Below are positions 35,196 to 43,771 of a stretch of DNA of 50,508 bases, one piece after another. The DNA lies in the NCBI GenBank assembly GCA_021847925.1, contig JAJZNI010000016.1, positions 1-50,508 on the forward strand. Direction: 5' to 3'. Position 1 is the stretch's first letter, and each line of letters starts with the position of its first letter. The translations under genes were made by a program, and so were the position numbers. The notes below the pieces were generated by a model that ran no database searches, was not told where the DNA came from, and saw only the letters and a list, made by a program, of their open reading frames with translations. Source of the stretch: a bacterium. Its GTDB lineage: Bacteria > Chloroflexota > Dormibacteria > Aeolococcales > Aeolococcaceae.

Positions 35196-36338
35196 TCAAC
35201 GAGATCCCCTGGGGCCCACGACCTCGAACAGGGGATCTCCCAGCGCCTCGGGGTCCACGTCGACGCCGAGCCCGGGCGCTGCGGAGGCCGAGGCCCTCCC
35301 GTCCTTCAGGGTCGCGCCTCCCGAGCGGGCGATGGGACGGTGGGAGGCGGCGGTGAGGTGGGTGGCCGTCACATGGGATGCCGCCAAGAAGTTGTCGGGG
35401 CGGCAGCTCGCCGCGAGCTGGCTGATCCCGGCGGTGGCGAGGTCCCCGCCCATCGGCTCGTCGATCATCACCATCAGCCCCGCGCTCTGGGCCAGGTCGC
35501 GAATCCGTGCGGCCTTCGTCAGGCCACCCACCCGCGCGGGCTTGATGTTGATGGCGTCCGCGGCGCCGCGCTTGAGGCAGGCGAGCAGGTCGTTGACGTC
35601 GCAGACAAGCTCGTCGATGGTCACGGGGAGCTCGGTTCGCTGGCGGACCTGCGCCAGCTCCTCCATGGTGCGGCACGGCTGCTCCACGTACGTGTCACGT
35701 CCACGGATGGCGGCGATGAATCGCAGAGCCTGGCCCATCGTCCAGCCGCGGTTCGCATCGCTCGTCACGAAGTCGGCCCGCCCCGCCACGGCGTCGAGCA
35801 CCGCATGCACACGGGTGGCGTCCTCGATCGGGTCCTCGCCCAGCTTCAGTTGCCAGCAACGGTAGCCGGAGCCGGCCATGGTCGCCGCCTCTCTGGCCAT
35901 CGCCTCCGGGCTGGCGAGGGTCAGGGGGTGGAAGACAGGGTAGTCGTCCTGATGGCGGCCACCCAGCAGCTTGTGCACCGGAAGCCCCAGCACCCTCCCT
36001 CGCGCGTCCCACAGAGCCGCATCGATCGCCGCCTTGCCGGGGAGGTGGCCGCGAAGCGCCGCATCCATGCGGTCGAGAACCACGTCGTTCGCCATCAGGT
36101 CGGCGCCGACCACGATCGGGGCCAGCTCCCTCACGGTGGCCTGCACACTCCCGGCGAAGCCCTCGATGTAGTTGCCTCCCAGAGTGCACGCCTCGCCGTA
36201 GCCCGTGACGCCGCCCTCTGTGGCCACCTCCACCACCGTCGTCTCCATGCGCGTCAGCGTCCGTCCGTGCGACATCGTGTAGCTACCCGTCGCGAGGGGC
36301 AGGTCGAGAGAGTAGCAGCGCAGCGACGTCACCTTCAT
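35196..36338 (-). CDS. Enolase-superfamily enzyme (mandelate racemase / muconate-lactonizing subgroup-like)
   Basis: Metal ligands in SDANRGW, YVEQPC and TIDELV. Barrel Lys in NIKPARVGG. WQLKLG sits where KxK is expected. The ATG at 36336-36338 overlaps the PRS-B stop as ATGA. The upstream part of ORF 35196..36707 is rejected. Confidence 0.9.
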   Translation of the reverse strand: MKVTSLRCYSLDLPLATGSYTMSHGRTLTRMETTVVEVATEGGVTGYGEACTLGGNYIEGFAGSVQATVRELAPIVVGADLMANDVVLDRMDAALRGHLPGKAAIDAALWDARGRVLGLPVHKLLGGRHQDDYPVFHPLTLASPEAMAREAATMAGSGYRCWQLKLGEDPIEDATRVHAVLDAVAGRADFVTSDANRGWTMGQALRFIAAIRGRDTYVEQPCRTMEELAQVRQRTELPVTIDELVCDVNDLLACLKRGAADAINIKPARVGGLTKAARIRDLAQSAGLMVMIDEPMGGDLATAGISQLAASCRPDNFLAASHVTATHLTAASHRPIARSGGATLKDGRASASAAPGLGVDVDPEALGDPLFEVVGPRGSR

Positions 36339-37438
36339 GCGAGAACCTCCACCGACGGCCGCCGAGCCACGCTCTCGGATGCATCCGCCCAGATATCCCC
36401 GAGCGCGTAGCCCTGGGGAAACGGGTCCCCCTCGTCCAGCACGTAGGTCGACATCCCGGTAACCCACGCGCGCCCCGATATCGTCGGCACCACGGCGCGC
36501 AGCTTCCCCACGTGCGTCTCCGCGATCAACGTACCGGTGAAGTGGGTCCCGAGAATCCCCTCGTGAACGAACTTCTCGCCAATGCGGAGACGGCCCTCGG
36601 ATTCGAGCACGGCCATCCGCGCCGAGGTCCCCGTCCCGCAGGGAGAGCGATCGAGCGCTCCGGTCCAGGACTCGGGCCGACCCGGGTCGACCGCACCCGT
36701 GGTGCAAATCACCGCGTTCCGGCCACCCACGCCAGGAGCGTCGGCCGGTGCATGCAGCATCGTCAGCGTGATGCTGTTGATCGCCGGGTTATCCGGGTGC
36801 CGCACGGCCAGCTCCTCCTGCGCGATCCTCTTGATGATGGCCCCGGCCCTGACGATCGCCCGGGCATTGGAAGACGTCAACTCAACCCCGGCCTCCGCGG
36901 CGGATGCCAGCACAAAGAACTGGCCACCGAACGCCACGTCCACGGTGACACGCCCGAGCTCAGGCACCTTGAGCACCCTCTTCTCGTGCACCACGAACGC
37001 CGGCACATTGCGAAGCGTCACCCTCTCGACCTTGGTCGAGCGCACCTCAGCCTCGACCTCGATGAGACCAACTGCAGTCTCCAGCACCAGTCTGGTCACG
37101 GGCTCGGTCGCCGGAAGCGCACCCGTCTCCAGCAGCGCCGTGACCACGCACATCGTGTTGCTGCCCGACATCGGGTTGAAACCACTCTGCTCCATCACGA
37201 TCAACCCGGCGTCAGCGGCGGCCGTCGTGGGCGGGAGCACAAGGCTGCAGCACATCGCGGGATATCCGCGCGGCTCCTGCAGCATCAGTCGCCTCAGCCA
37301 GTCCAGGTTCGCTCGGCAGTACTCCAAGCGCTCGGCCATTGACCGTCCCTGGACGCGGAGGGCACTGCTGAGGAGCACCCGACCAGGCTCCCCCTCAGCG
37401 TGAACGTCGATCGCGCTGACCATGAACCGCGGCCGCAT
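36335..37438 (-). CDS. Proline racemase superfamily protein, atypical Ser/Cys catalytic pair (PRS-B)
   Basis: DVHAEGEPGRV, PMSGSNTMC, DRSPCGTG, C-terminal GDIW. Alternative ATG at 37423. Confidence 0.9.
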   Translation of the reverse strand: MRPRFMVSAIDVHAEGEPGRVLLSSALRVQGRSMAERLEYCRANLDWLRRLMLQEPRGYPAMCCSLVLPPTTAAADAGLIVMEQSGFNPMSGSNTMCVVTALLETGALPATEPVTRLVLETAVGLIEVEAEVRSTKVERVTLRNVPAFVVHEKRVLKVPELGRVTVDVAFGGQFFVLASAAEAGVELTSSNARAIVRAGAIIKRIAQEELAVRHPDNPAINSITLTMLHAPADAPGVGGRNAVICTTGAVDPGRPESWTGALDRSPCGTGTSARMAVLESEGRLRIGEKFVHEGILGTHFTGTLIAETHVGKLRAVVPTISGRAWVTGMSTYVLDEGDPFPQGYALGDIWADASESVARRPSVEVLA

Positions 37439-37449
37439 CCCATCCGCTC

Positions 37450-38313
37450 CTACTTCACCTTCAGAGCGTCAACGAACTCGCGCAGCCCCGCGCTCGAGGG
37501 GTTGCTGAAGGCGAGCGAGGGCTCCTCCTGCTCAAGGATCTGCCCGTCCTCCACGAACATCACCCGGTCCGCCGCCTTTGAGGCGAAGGCCATATCGTGG
37601 GTGACGATCACGCAGGCGATGCCATCGTTGCGCGCCAGGTTGGTCAGGATGTTGAGCACCCCGGAGGCGATGGGGGGATCCAGGGCGGAGGTGATCTCGT
37701 CGCACAGCATCACCCGCGGCTGCATCATCAGGGCCCGCGCGATGGCCACGCGCTGGCGCTGACCTCCGGACAGTTCCGAGGGCCGGCTGTGCATCCGGTC
37801 GCGCAACCCGACCTCGTCCAGCGCCGCCTCGGCACGGGAACGGATCTCGCTCTCCGGTTGCCTGAGGACCCGCCGCGGGCCGAGAGCCAGGTTCTTGTAC
37901 ACGCTCATGTGAGGCCACAGCGTGTACTGCTGGAATACCATTCCCACCAGCCTCCGCTGTGTCGCCCACCCATCCAGGTGCTTTCCATCCTTGATCACGG
38001 TGAGGCCGCTGATATCCAATTCCCCGGTTTCGGGCTGGGCGAGCCCGGCGATGACACGCAGAAGCGTGCTCTTGCCGGAGCCACTCTTCCCCATCACAAC
38101 CAGCATCTCGCCCGGGGTGACCTCGAAATCCACCTCGCGGAGGACACACCGCTGTCCGAAGTACTTGGAGATGCCGCGCCCCGCCACGATCGCACCACCG
38201 CCGTTTCCCTGCCGCGTCGCCCCGGGCGCTGCCTGGGCATGCACCACGCTCATCATCTCCTCTGCACGCCTCCCGGTCGCGGCTTCACCACCACTCGCGT
38301 CGCTTGCCACCAT
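37450..38313 (-). CDS. Polar amino acid ABC transporter, ATP-binding protein
   Basis: Walker A GKSGSGKST, signature LSGGQRQRVAIARAL, Walker B VMLCDE. GGAGGAG lies 7 nt upstream of the ATG at 38313. Confidence 0.95.
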   Translation of the reverse strand: MVASDASGGEAATGRRAEEMMSVVHAQAAPGATRQGNGGGAIVAGRGISKYFGQRCVLREVDFEVTPGEMLVVMGKSGSGKSTLLRVIAGLAQPETGELDISGLTVIKDGKHLDGWATQRRLVGMVFQQYTLWPHMSVYKNLALGPRRVLRQPESEIRSRAEAALDEVGLRDRMHSRPSELSGGQRQRVAIARALMMQPRVMLCDEITSALDPPIASGVLNILTNLARNDGIACVIVTHDMAFASKAADRVMFVEDGQILEQEEPSLAFSNPSSAGLREFVDALKVK

Positions 38314-38355
38314 GTCTCTTCTCCTCCGATCACCGAGCCGGACACCACGCCCGCG

Positions 38356-39123
38356 TCAACCTCCGAAGCCCCCAAAGAGCAGATGCGTGGGCAGCAGCTT
38401 GAGCATGAGACTCCGGGCTCCCCGCGGCCGGTTCGGGGTCTGCCCCTCCTGCCCAGCGAGCATGCGACGCTCGATGGCGCTGGTGATCAGGGTGGCCGGG
38501 AAGGCGATGATGAAATATATGGCGGCGATCGTCGTGTAGATCTCCATCGGCCGGAAGAGGAGGCTGGACTCGATGTTTCCCTTGTAGGTGAGGTCGGCAA
38601 CCCCAAGCGTAGAGACCAGGGAACTGTCCTTGAACAGGCTGATGTTCAGCGACAGGATCACGGGGATCTGCTGCCGCAGGGCCTGGGGTACAGTGACAAA
38701 GCGGATCTGGTCGACGCGCCTGAGGCCGACCACCTGTGCCGCTTCCAGGTGCTCCTTTGGCACCGCCTGGAATCCGGCGCGGTACGCCTCGGCCATGAAG
38801 GCGGTGAGGTTGGCGCTGAGGGCGATCACCACCGCAATGAATGCCGGGAGGTTGATCCCAAGCACCACGGGGAGGGCGTAGTACACCCAGATGAGCTGCA
38901 CGAGCAGGGGCGTTCCGCGGAAGATCTCGATGTACAGCTGAGCCGGCCACCGAATGATCGTGACGGTTGCCATGCGCGCGAGGGCCAGGGGCACAGCCAC
39001 CACCATGCTGACGGCGATGGTCACCACGGTGATCTCGAGCGTCAACTCCAAGCCCTGGAGCAGCGATGGGAATATCGGGGGGATGATGCTCCAGTCGAAC
39101 TGGTATGCGAGGAGACCGCCCAT
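38356..39123 (-). CDS. Polar amino acid ABC transporter permease (HisM/GlnP type)
   Basis: EAA loop EAAQVVGLRRVDQIRFVTVPQALR. About 5 TM segments. Confidence 0.9.
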   Translation of the reverse strand: MGGLLAYQFDWSIIPPIFPSLLQGLELTLEITVVTIAVSMVVAVPLALARMATVTIIRWPAQLYIEIFRGTPLLVQLIWVYYALPVVLGINLPAFIAVVIALSANLTAFMAEAYRAGFQAVPKEHLEAAQVVGLRRVDQIRFVTVPQALRQQIPVILSLNISLFKDSSLVSTLGVADLTYKGNIESSLLFRPMEIYTTIAAIYFIIAFPATLITSAIERRMLAGQEGQTPNRPRGARSLMLKLLPTHLLFGGFGG

Positions 39124-39136
39124 CAGCGCCTATCCA

Positions 39137-40030
39137 CTACGACGACGACGACGACAGCAGCATGCTCCCCAGGTCGGAGGTGCTGGCGATGTATCCGGCT
39201 GCTGCCATGGCACGACCGATCTTGCCTGCGGCGACGGCGTTGTTGATGATGATGTCGATCGCCTCGAGCGACGCGGGATCGACCGTCGCCGGCACGCCAT
39301 AGTCCACGTTGTGGACGAAGATCGAGGGGCTGGGCACCACTATCTTGTACTGGGGATCCTGCTTGACCTGGACCTCGGCGTCACCCAGGTCGGTGAACTC
39401 CGAGCCGACGCGGCCGCTCTGCAGCGCAAGGAAGGCGTGCGGCCAGTCGGGAAGCTTGGTCTCCGGGGGGGCCGGGCTGATCGCCTCGAGGGCGAGGTCC
39501 TCGGCACTGCCGGCGGCCACCGAGATGGACTTACCGGACGCGAAGATGGCGGCCGAGGTCCTGTAGGGGGTGTTCGCCGGGACCACGAAGACGCCGGGGT
39601 AGGTCCAGATCGCCGACGTGTACTGGATGGCCAGGGCACGCTGCCCAGTCGCGTCCAGGTCCGCCGCGAAGTCGTACTTGCCGGCCTCGAGACCGGTGAC
39701 GATGTTCTGCCACGTGGTGTCAACGGTCACCAACTTGACGTTGAGGTCCTTGGCCAGCTGTTGCGCTGGGATCAGGTCCGGTCCGGTGCAGGCACCGTTG
39801 GCTGCGATGTCGATGGTCGGCGGCGAGGTGGCGCACCCGACGGTGAGCTTTCCAGCGCTCTTGATCTGGTTCAGGAAGCTGTAGGGGGTGGCCAGCGGAC
39901 CTGCGCTCGCGCCGGCGCTCCCACCCCCTCCCCCAATCTTGGCGCCGCCGAACCCGGCGAGGCCGCCGATGACGATCACGCCGATGACGCCCCAAACGAT
40001 TTGATTCGTGCGATTCATGTGCGCACTCAC
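39137..40030 (-). CDS. ABC transporter substrate-binding protein (family 3, polar amino acids), N-terminal membrane anchor plus Gly-rich linker
   Basis: Anchor IVWGVIGVIVIGGLAGFGG, then linker GGGGGSAGASAG, then an SBP_bac_3-like body. Ends in five Ser codons (TCG x5). Alternative ATG at 40018. Confidence 0.85.
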   Translation of the reverse strand: MSAHMNRTNQIVWGVIGVIVIGGLAGFGGAKIGGGGGSAGASAGPLATPYSFLNQIKSAGKLTVGCATSPPTIDIAANGACTGPDLIPAQQLAKDLNVKLVTVDTTWQNIVTGLEAGKYDFAADLDATGQRALAIQYTSAIWTYPGVFVVPANTPYRTSAAIFASGKSISVAAGSAEDLALEAISPAPPETKLPDWPHAFLALQSGRVGSEFTDLGDAEVQVKQDPQYKIVVPSPSIFVHNVDYGVPATVDPASLEAIDIIINNAVAAGKIGRAMAAAGYIASTSDLGSMLLSSSSS

Positions 40031-40098
40031 TCCTCATCCCTAAGTTGCTGACACTGCGGAGTCACACGCCGGGCTCTGCGATAACCGTCACCTCCGTA

Positions 40099-41106
40099 TC
40101 AGGCCACCAGGAATCCATGCCGCATGGGATCGTCAGGATCGAGGGCGAAGGTGCTCTCTCCCGTGATGAAGGCTGATCCCGTCACCTCCACCCTCACCGC
40201 GGGCAGGTCCCCCACCCGCGCCTTCTCGACGGCACGGGCACGGAAGAGCGCCCCGGTGATGCTCTCGTGCACGAACTCCTCCCCCATCTCCAGCTCCCCC
40301 CTGGCTACGAGGGTCGCCACCTTGGCGCAGGTGCCGGTCCCGCACGGCGACCGATCCGCCCCACCCGGTCGGATTATGACGAGGATCCGAGCGTCGGCGC
40401 CGTCAGCCACCGGGGGGCCGAAGTACTGGATGTGAGTGAGGCCTCGGATGTCGGGGAGGGTCGGGTGCGCCACATCCACGGCAGCATCGAAGGCGGGGCG
40501 CAGCAGCTTGGCGGTTCCGATTGCCTCGGCGGCGTGCTCGATGTCGAGTGTGAGCCCGACCTGGGCCGCCTCGGTGATCGCATAGAAGTTGCCGCCGTAG
40601 GCGATGTCGGCGCGCACGCGCCCGTGGTGCGGGAGGTCGATCACGACGTCTCGGTGGAGGAGAAAGGAGGGAGCGTTCACGAAGCTGACCTCCTGGGCCC
40701 GGCCGTCACACACCTTGACCCGCGCCTCGACGAGACCGGCCGGCGTGTCCAACCGGATCTCCGTGTGGGGCTCCCTCACCGTCACCGCGCCGGTCTCGAC
40801 CAGGACCGTGCACAGGCCTATGGTGTCGTGCCCGCACATCGGGAGGTACCCGCTCGTCTCTATAAAGAGGACACCGACGTCGGCGCGGGGATCGCAGGGC
40901 GCGGTGAGGATGCAGCCGGACATGACGCTGTGGCCACGCGGCTCGAACATGAGTGCGGTGCGCACCCAGTCCAGCCGGCGCTGGAGATCGAGCATCTTCT
41001 CCAGCATCGTGCCCCCCTCCAGGGGTGGCACCCCCGAGAGCACGGTCCGGGTTGGGTTGCCGCCCGTGTGGCTCTCAATGGTGCGAAAGACGTGGTCAGC
41101 TCGCAT
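40099..41106 (-). CDS. Proline racemase superfamily protein, canonical Cys/Cys pair (4-hydroxyproline 2-epimerase or proline racemase; PRS-C)
   Basis: ESHTGGNPTR, PMCGHDTIG, DRSPCGTGTCAK. 335 aa. Confidence 0.9.
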   Translation of the reverse strand: MRADHVFRTIESHTGGNPTRTVLSGVPPLEGGTMLEKMLDLQRRLDWVRTALMFEPRGHSVMSGCILTAPCDPRADVGVLFIETSGYLPMCGHDTIGLCTVLVETGAVTVREPHTEIRLDTPAGLVEARVKVCDGRAQEVSFVNAPSFLLHRDVVIDLPHHGRVRADIAYGGNFYAITEAAQVGLTLDIEHAAEAIGTAKLLRPAFDAAVDVAHPTLPDIRGLTHIQYFGPPVADGADARILVIIRPGGADRSPCGTGTCAKVATLVARGELEMGEEFVHESITGALFRARAVEKARVGDLPAVRVEVTGSAFITGESTFALDPDDPMRHGFLVA

Positions 41107-41301
41107 CGAGGATACCTGCGCACCAGTGGCCGGGCCCAGGGGGCTGCCCGTCGCCGCGTACCGTCCGCCAGCCCCCCCGGCCAGCCCCGGCTGACCCCTG
41201 GAAGCTCAGCTCCCCCGGTCTCTCGGCGGCCTCTGCGGCCCACCGAGGGGCCACCCAGCCCACATCCCACATCACGTGCCCGTCCCGGATGTTGAATTCT
41301 G

Positions 41302-41326
41302 CTTGTCCGTCTGACAGACTGACAAG
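41302..41326. promoter_or_regulatory. 25-bp near-perfect palindrome, candidate GntR-family operator
   Basis: CTTGTCCGTCTGACAGACTGACAAG: 11 of 12 arm positions pair around centre 41314. It lies in the divergent gap between PRS-C and the ALDH gene, immediately upstream of a TAGGAT -10-like hexamer (41331-41336). Confidence 0.5.
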
Positions 41327-41449
41327 GCGGTAGGATACATCCGCAGGCCCGGGGAGTCCATCACCCGTGGGGGTGACCCGGGACCATCTCGATCCGGAGC
41401 GTGGTGGAAGCGAGCCGGACGGGCCGCCGGCGAGGAGGAGACGACGTCG

Positions 41450-42937
41450 ATGAGCACCAGCACCTACCTCGAACCGCTCGGGAACATGATCGGAGGCGAG
41501 TGGCGGCCGGCTCGGAGCGGCGAGACGCTCCCGGTGGAGGATCCGGCCACCGGTCGGCCGTTCTCCCAGATCCCGGCGAGCGGCGCGGCCGACATAGATG
41601 ACGCGATCGCCTCGGCTCGCTCCACGCTGCGGTCCGGCAGCTGGTCGCGCCTCCAGCCCAGCGAGCGGGGGCGCATCATGTGGCAGCTCGCCTCCCTGAT
41701 CCGACGGGACGGCGAGGCGCTCGCCCACGCGGAGACCCGCGACTCGGGCAAGCCGATCCGCGAGGCTCGCGAGGACATCGCCGGGACCGCGGACATCTTC
41801 GAGTACTACGCGGGTGCCGCCAGCAAGCTGACGGGACAATCCCATCCCCTGCCCAGTGCCCAGCTGGGCATGGTCATGCGCTTCCCCATCGGGGTCGTCG
41901 GGACGATCACCCCCTGGAACTTCCCCATCTACGTGGCTGCATGGAAGGTCGCTCCGGCGCTCGCGTGCGGAAACTCCGTGATCCTCAAACCGTCCGAGCT
42001 GGCGAGCCTCACCTGCCTCGGTCTGGGCGGGCTCGCCCTCGAGGCCGGCATGCCCGCAGGGGCCCTCAACGTGGTCTCGGGCACGGGCGGCGACGCCGGT
42101 GCCCCGCTCGCCGGCCACCCCGACGTCGACCTCCTCGCCTTCACCGGGGGTGTGGTCACCGGCCGCAAGGTGATGAGCTCGAGGGCCCAACTGGTCCGAC
42201 CCGTGCAGATGGAGCTGGGTGGCAAGTCCCCGAACATCGTGTTCGACGACGCGGACTTCGACCGGGCGGTCAGGGGGGCGGCGTTCGGGATCTTCTTCGC
42301 GCAGGGTGAGAACTGCAATGCCGGCAGCCGGGTGCTGGTCCAGGACACCATCTACGAGCGCTTCGTGGAGGGGCTTGCCGGCATGGCCCGGAGCATAAGG
42401 GTGCTCCCACCGACCGACGAGCGCTGCCAGATGGGTGCGCTGATCTCACGTGCGCACCTGGAAAAGGTCGCCGGGTACGTCGAGACGGGGGTCAGGGAGG
42501 GGGCCAGGCTGGTGACGGGAGGTCGTCGTCTCGATGACGGTGCCCTGCAGGGCGGCCACTTCTACGCACCCACGGTGCTTGCCGACGTCAGGCCACACCA
42601 CCGCGTCTTCACGGAGGAGATCTTCGGACCCGTCGTCGTCGTGACCCCCTTCCATGACGAGGAGGAGGCGATCCAGTTGGCGAACGCGACCGAGTACGGG
42701 CTGGCGGCCGGCGTATGGACCAGCAACGTCAGCCGCGCGCTGCGGTGCGTTCAGGAGATCGATTCCGGCTACGTCTGGGTGAACACCTTCAACTACACGC
42801 CCGTCGAGGCCCCCTTCGGGGGAGTGAAGGGTTCTGGGTTCGGCCGCGATTGCGGGATGCAGGCTCTCGACACCTACACGACGTGGAAGACGGTGGCCTG
42901 GGCCACCGCTCCCTTCACGAATTGGTATGAGAGCTGA
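41450..42937 (+). CDS. NAD(P)-dependent aldehyde dehydrogenase (candidate 2-ketoglutarate semialdehyde or P5C dehydrogenase)
   Basis: FTGGVVTGRKV, ELGGKSP, GENCNAGSR, EEIFGPV. GGAGGAG lies 9 nt upstream of the ATG. Confidence 0.9.
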   Translation: MSTSTYLEPLGNMIGGEWRPARSGETLPVEDPATGRPFSQIPASGAADIDDAIASARSTLRSGSWSRLQPSERGRIMWQLASLIRRDGEALAHAETRDSGKPIREAREDIAGTADIFEYYAGAASKLTGQSHPLPSAQLGMVMRFPIGVVGTITPWNFPIYVAAWKVAPALACGNSVILKPSELASLTCLGLGGLALEAGMPAGALNVVSGTGGDAGAPLAGHPDVDLLAFTGGVVTGRKVMSSRAQLVRPVQMELGGKSPNIVFDDADFDRAVRGAAFGIFFAQGENCNAGSRVLVQDTIYERFVEGLAGMARSIRVLPPTDERCQMGALISRAHLEKVAGYVETGVREGARLVTGGRRLDDGALQGGHFYAPTVLADVRPHHRVFTEEIFGPVVVVTPFHDEEEAIQLANATEYGLAAGVWTSNVSRALRCVQEIDSGYVWVNTFNYTPVEAPFGGVKGSGFGRDCGMQALDTYTTWKTVAWATAPFTNWYES

Positions 42938-43742
42938 TCGCAGGATCATCCTCAAAAAGGCCCGGGAAGTCGTGGACCAGTCCGCGTGCCCCCAGCACCA
43001 GACGCGCCGCCCTGAGCGTGGGCCCGACCAGCGGCTCGGTCGTGTACTGCTCGTAGCGGATGGTCAGCAGTTCCCCGGGCCGCGAGAAGAGCACCTCCTG
43101 ATGATCGTAGATGCTGGGCAGGCGGAGGCTGTGGATGCGAACCGAGCCGACCCGCGCCCCACGCGACTCGGGCAGGCCGAAGCGGGTGTGGTCGATCCCC
43201 GGAGGAGGGCCCCCGACCCGTTCAAGACGTTCCGCGGTCTCGATGGAGGTGCCCGACGGCGAGTCGAGCTTCTCCGGCATGTGAGCCTCGATGATCTCCA
43301 CGTCACCCATGTAACGGCGCACGAGCTCGGCGCAGCGGAACATGAGGTGACCCGCCAGCGTCAGGTTGGGCGCCTTGAAAGCACCGACGCCGCGGCTGGC
43401 GGCGAGCCGGCCCAGCTCGGACACGTCCTCGGCCGACATCCCGGTCGTCCCCATCACGACGGCCATGCCGGCCTCTATGCCCGCCCGGCAGTGCTTGACC
43501 GCCACCTCGGGCGCGCTGAAGTCGATGAGCACCTGTCCCCCGGTGCCGCGCACCGCCTCCTCCACCTCGCTCTCCAAGCGGACACCGGTCTCGCGCATGC
43601 CGAGAACGACCCCCACGTCCTCGCCGGCCCGCTGGCGGCCAACCGCACCCACCAAGGCAAAGTCGGTGCTCCGCAGGATCGCCGGCACCATGGACCTGCC
43701 GACCCGGCCCGTGGCCCCCGTGAACACGACTCTAATGGGCAT
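42915..43742 (-). CDS. DapB-like (4-hydroxy-tetrahydrodipicolinate reductase family) oxidoreductase
   Basis: N-terminal VVFTGATGRVGRSM. Substrate-domain motif IIEAHMPEKLDSPSGTS versus the canonical E(A/S)HHxxKxDAPSGTA. The 3' end overlaps the convergent ALDH gene by 23 nt. Confidence 0.85.
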   Translation of the reverse strand: MPIRVVFTGATGRVGRSMVPAILRSTDFALVGAVGRQRAGEDVGVVLGMRETGVRLESEVEEAVRGTGGQVLIDFSAPEVAVKHCRAGIEAGMAVVMGTTGMSAEDVSELGRLAASRGVGAFKAPNLTLAGHLMFRCAELVRRYMGDVEIIEAHMPEKLDSPSGTSIETAERLERVGGPPPGIDHTRFGLPESRGARVGSVRIHSLRLPSIYDHQEVLFSRPGELLTIRYEQYTTEPLVGPTLRAARLVLGARGLVHDFPGLFEDDPAISSHTNS

Positions 43743-43771
43743 CAGACACTCTCCTCACAGGTGGTGATCGC

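Noticed and set aside
39135-39155. Trinucleotide run (CGA)5 on the plus strand, equal to (TCG)5 and coding for the SSSSS C-terminal tail of the substrate-binding protein.
   Set aside because: Very short and in frame, encoding a poly-Ser tail. A slippage-prone tract at most, with no evidence of phase variation from a single sequence.
40031-40098. GCTGACACTGCGGAGTCAC between PRS-C and the SBP gene, considered as a fourth copy of the TGTC/GACA operator motif.
   Set aside because: Only a CTGACA core is shared, and the inverted symmetry is imperfect and different from the other three sites. It may be an internal attenuator or nothing.
41107-41290. Possible 58-aa minus-strand ORF (MWDVGWVAPRW...) upstream of PRS-C.
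   Set aside because: It would overlap the PRS-C start. It has no SD and no motif, and its moderately high GC3 is explicable by local composition.
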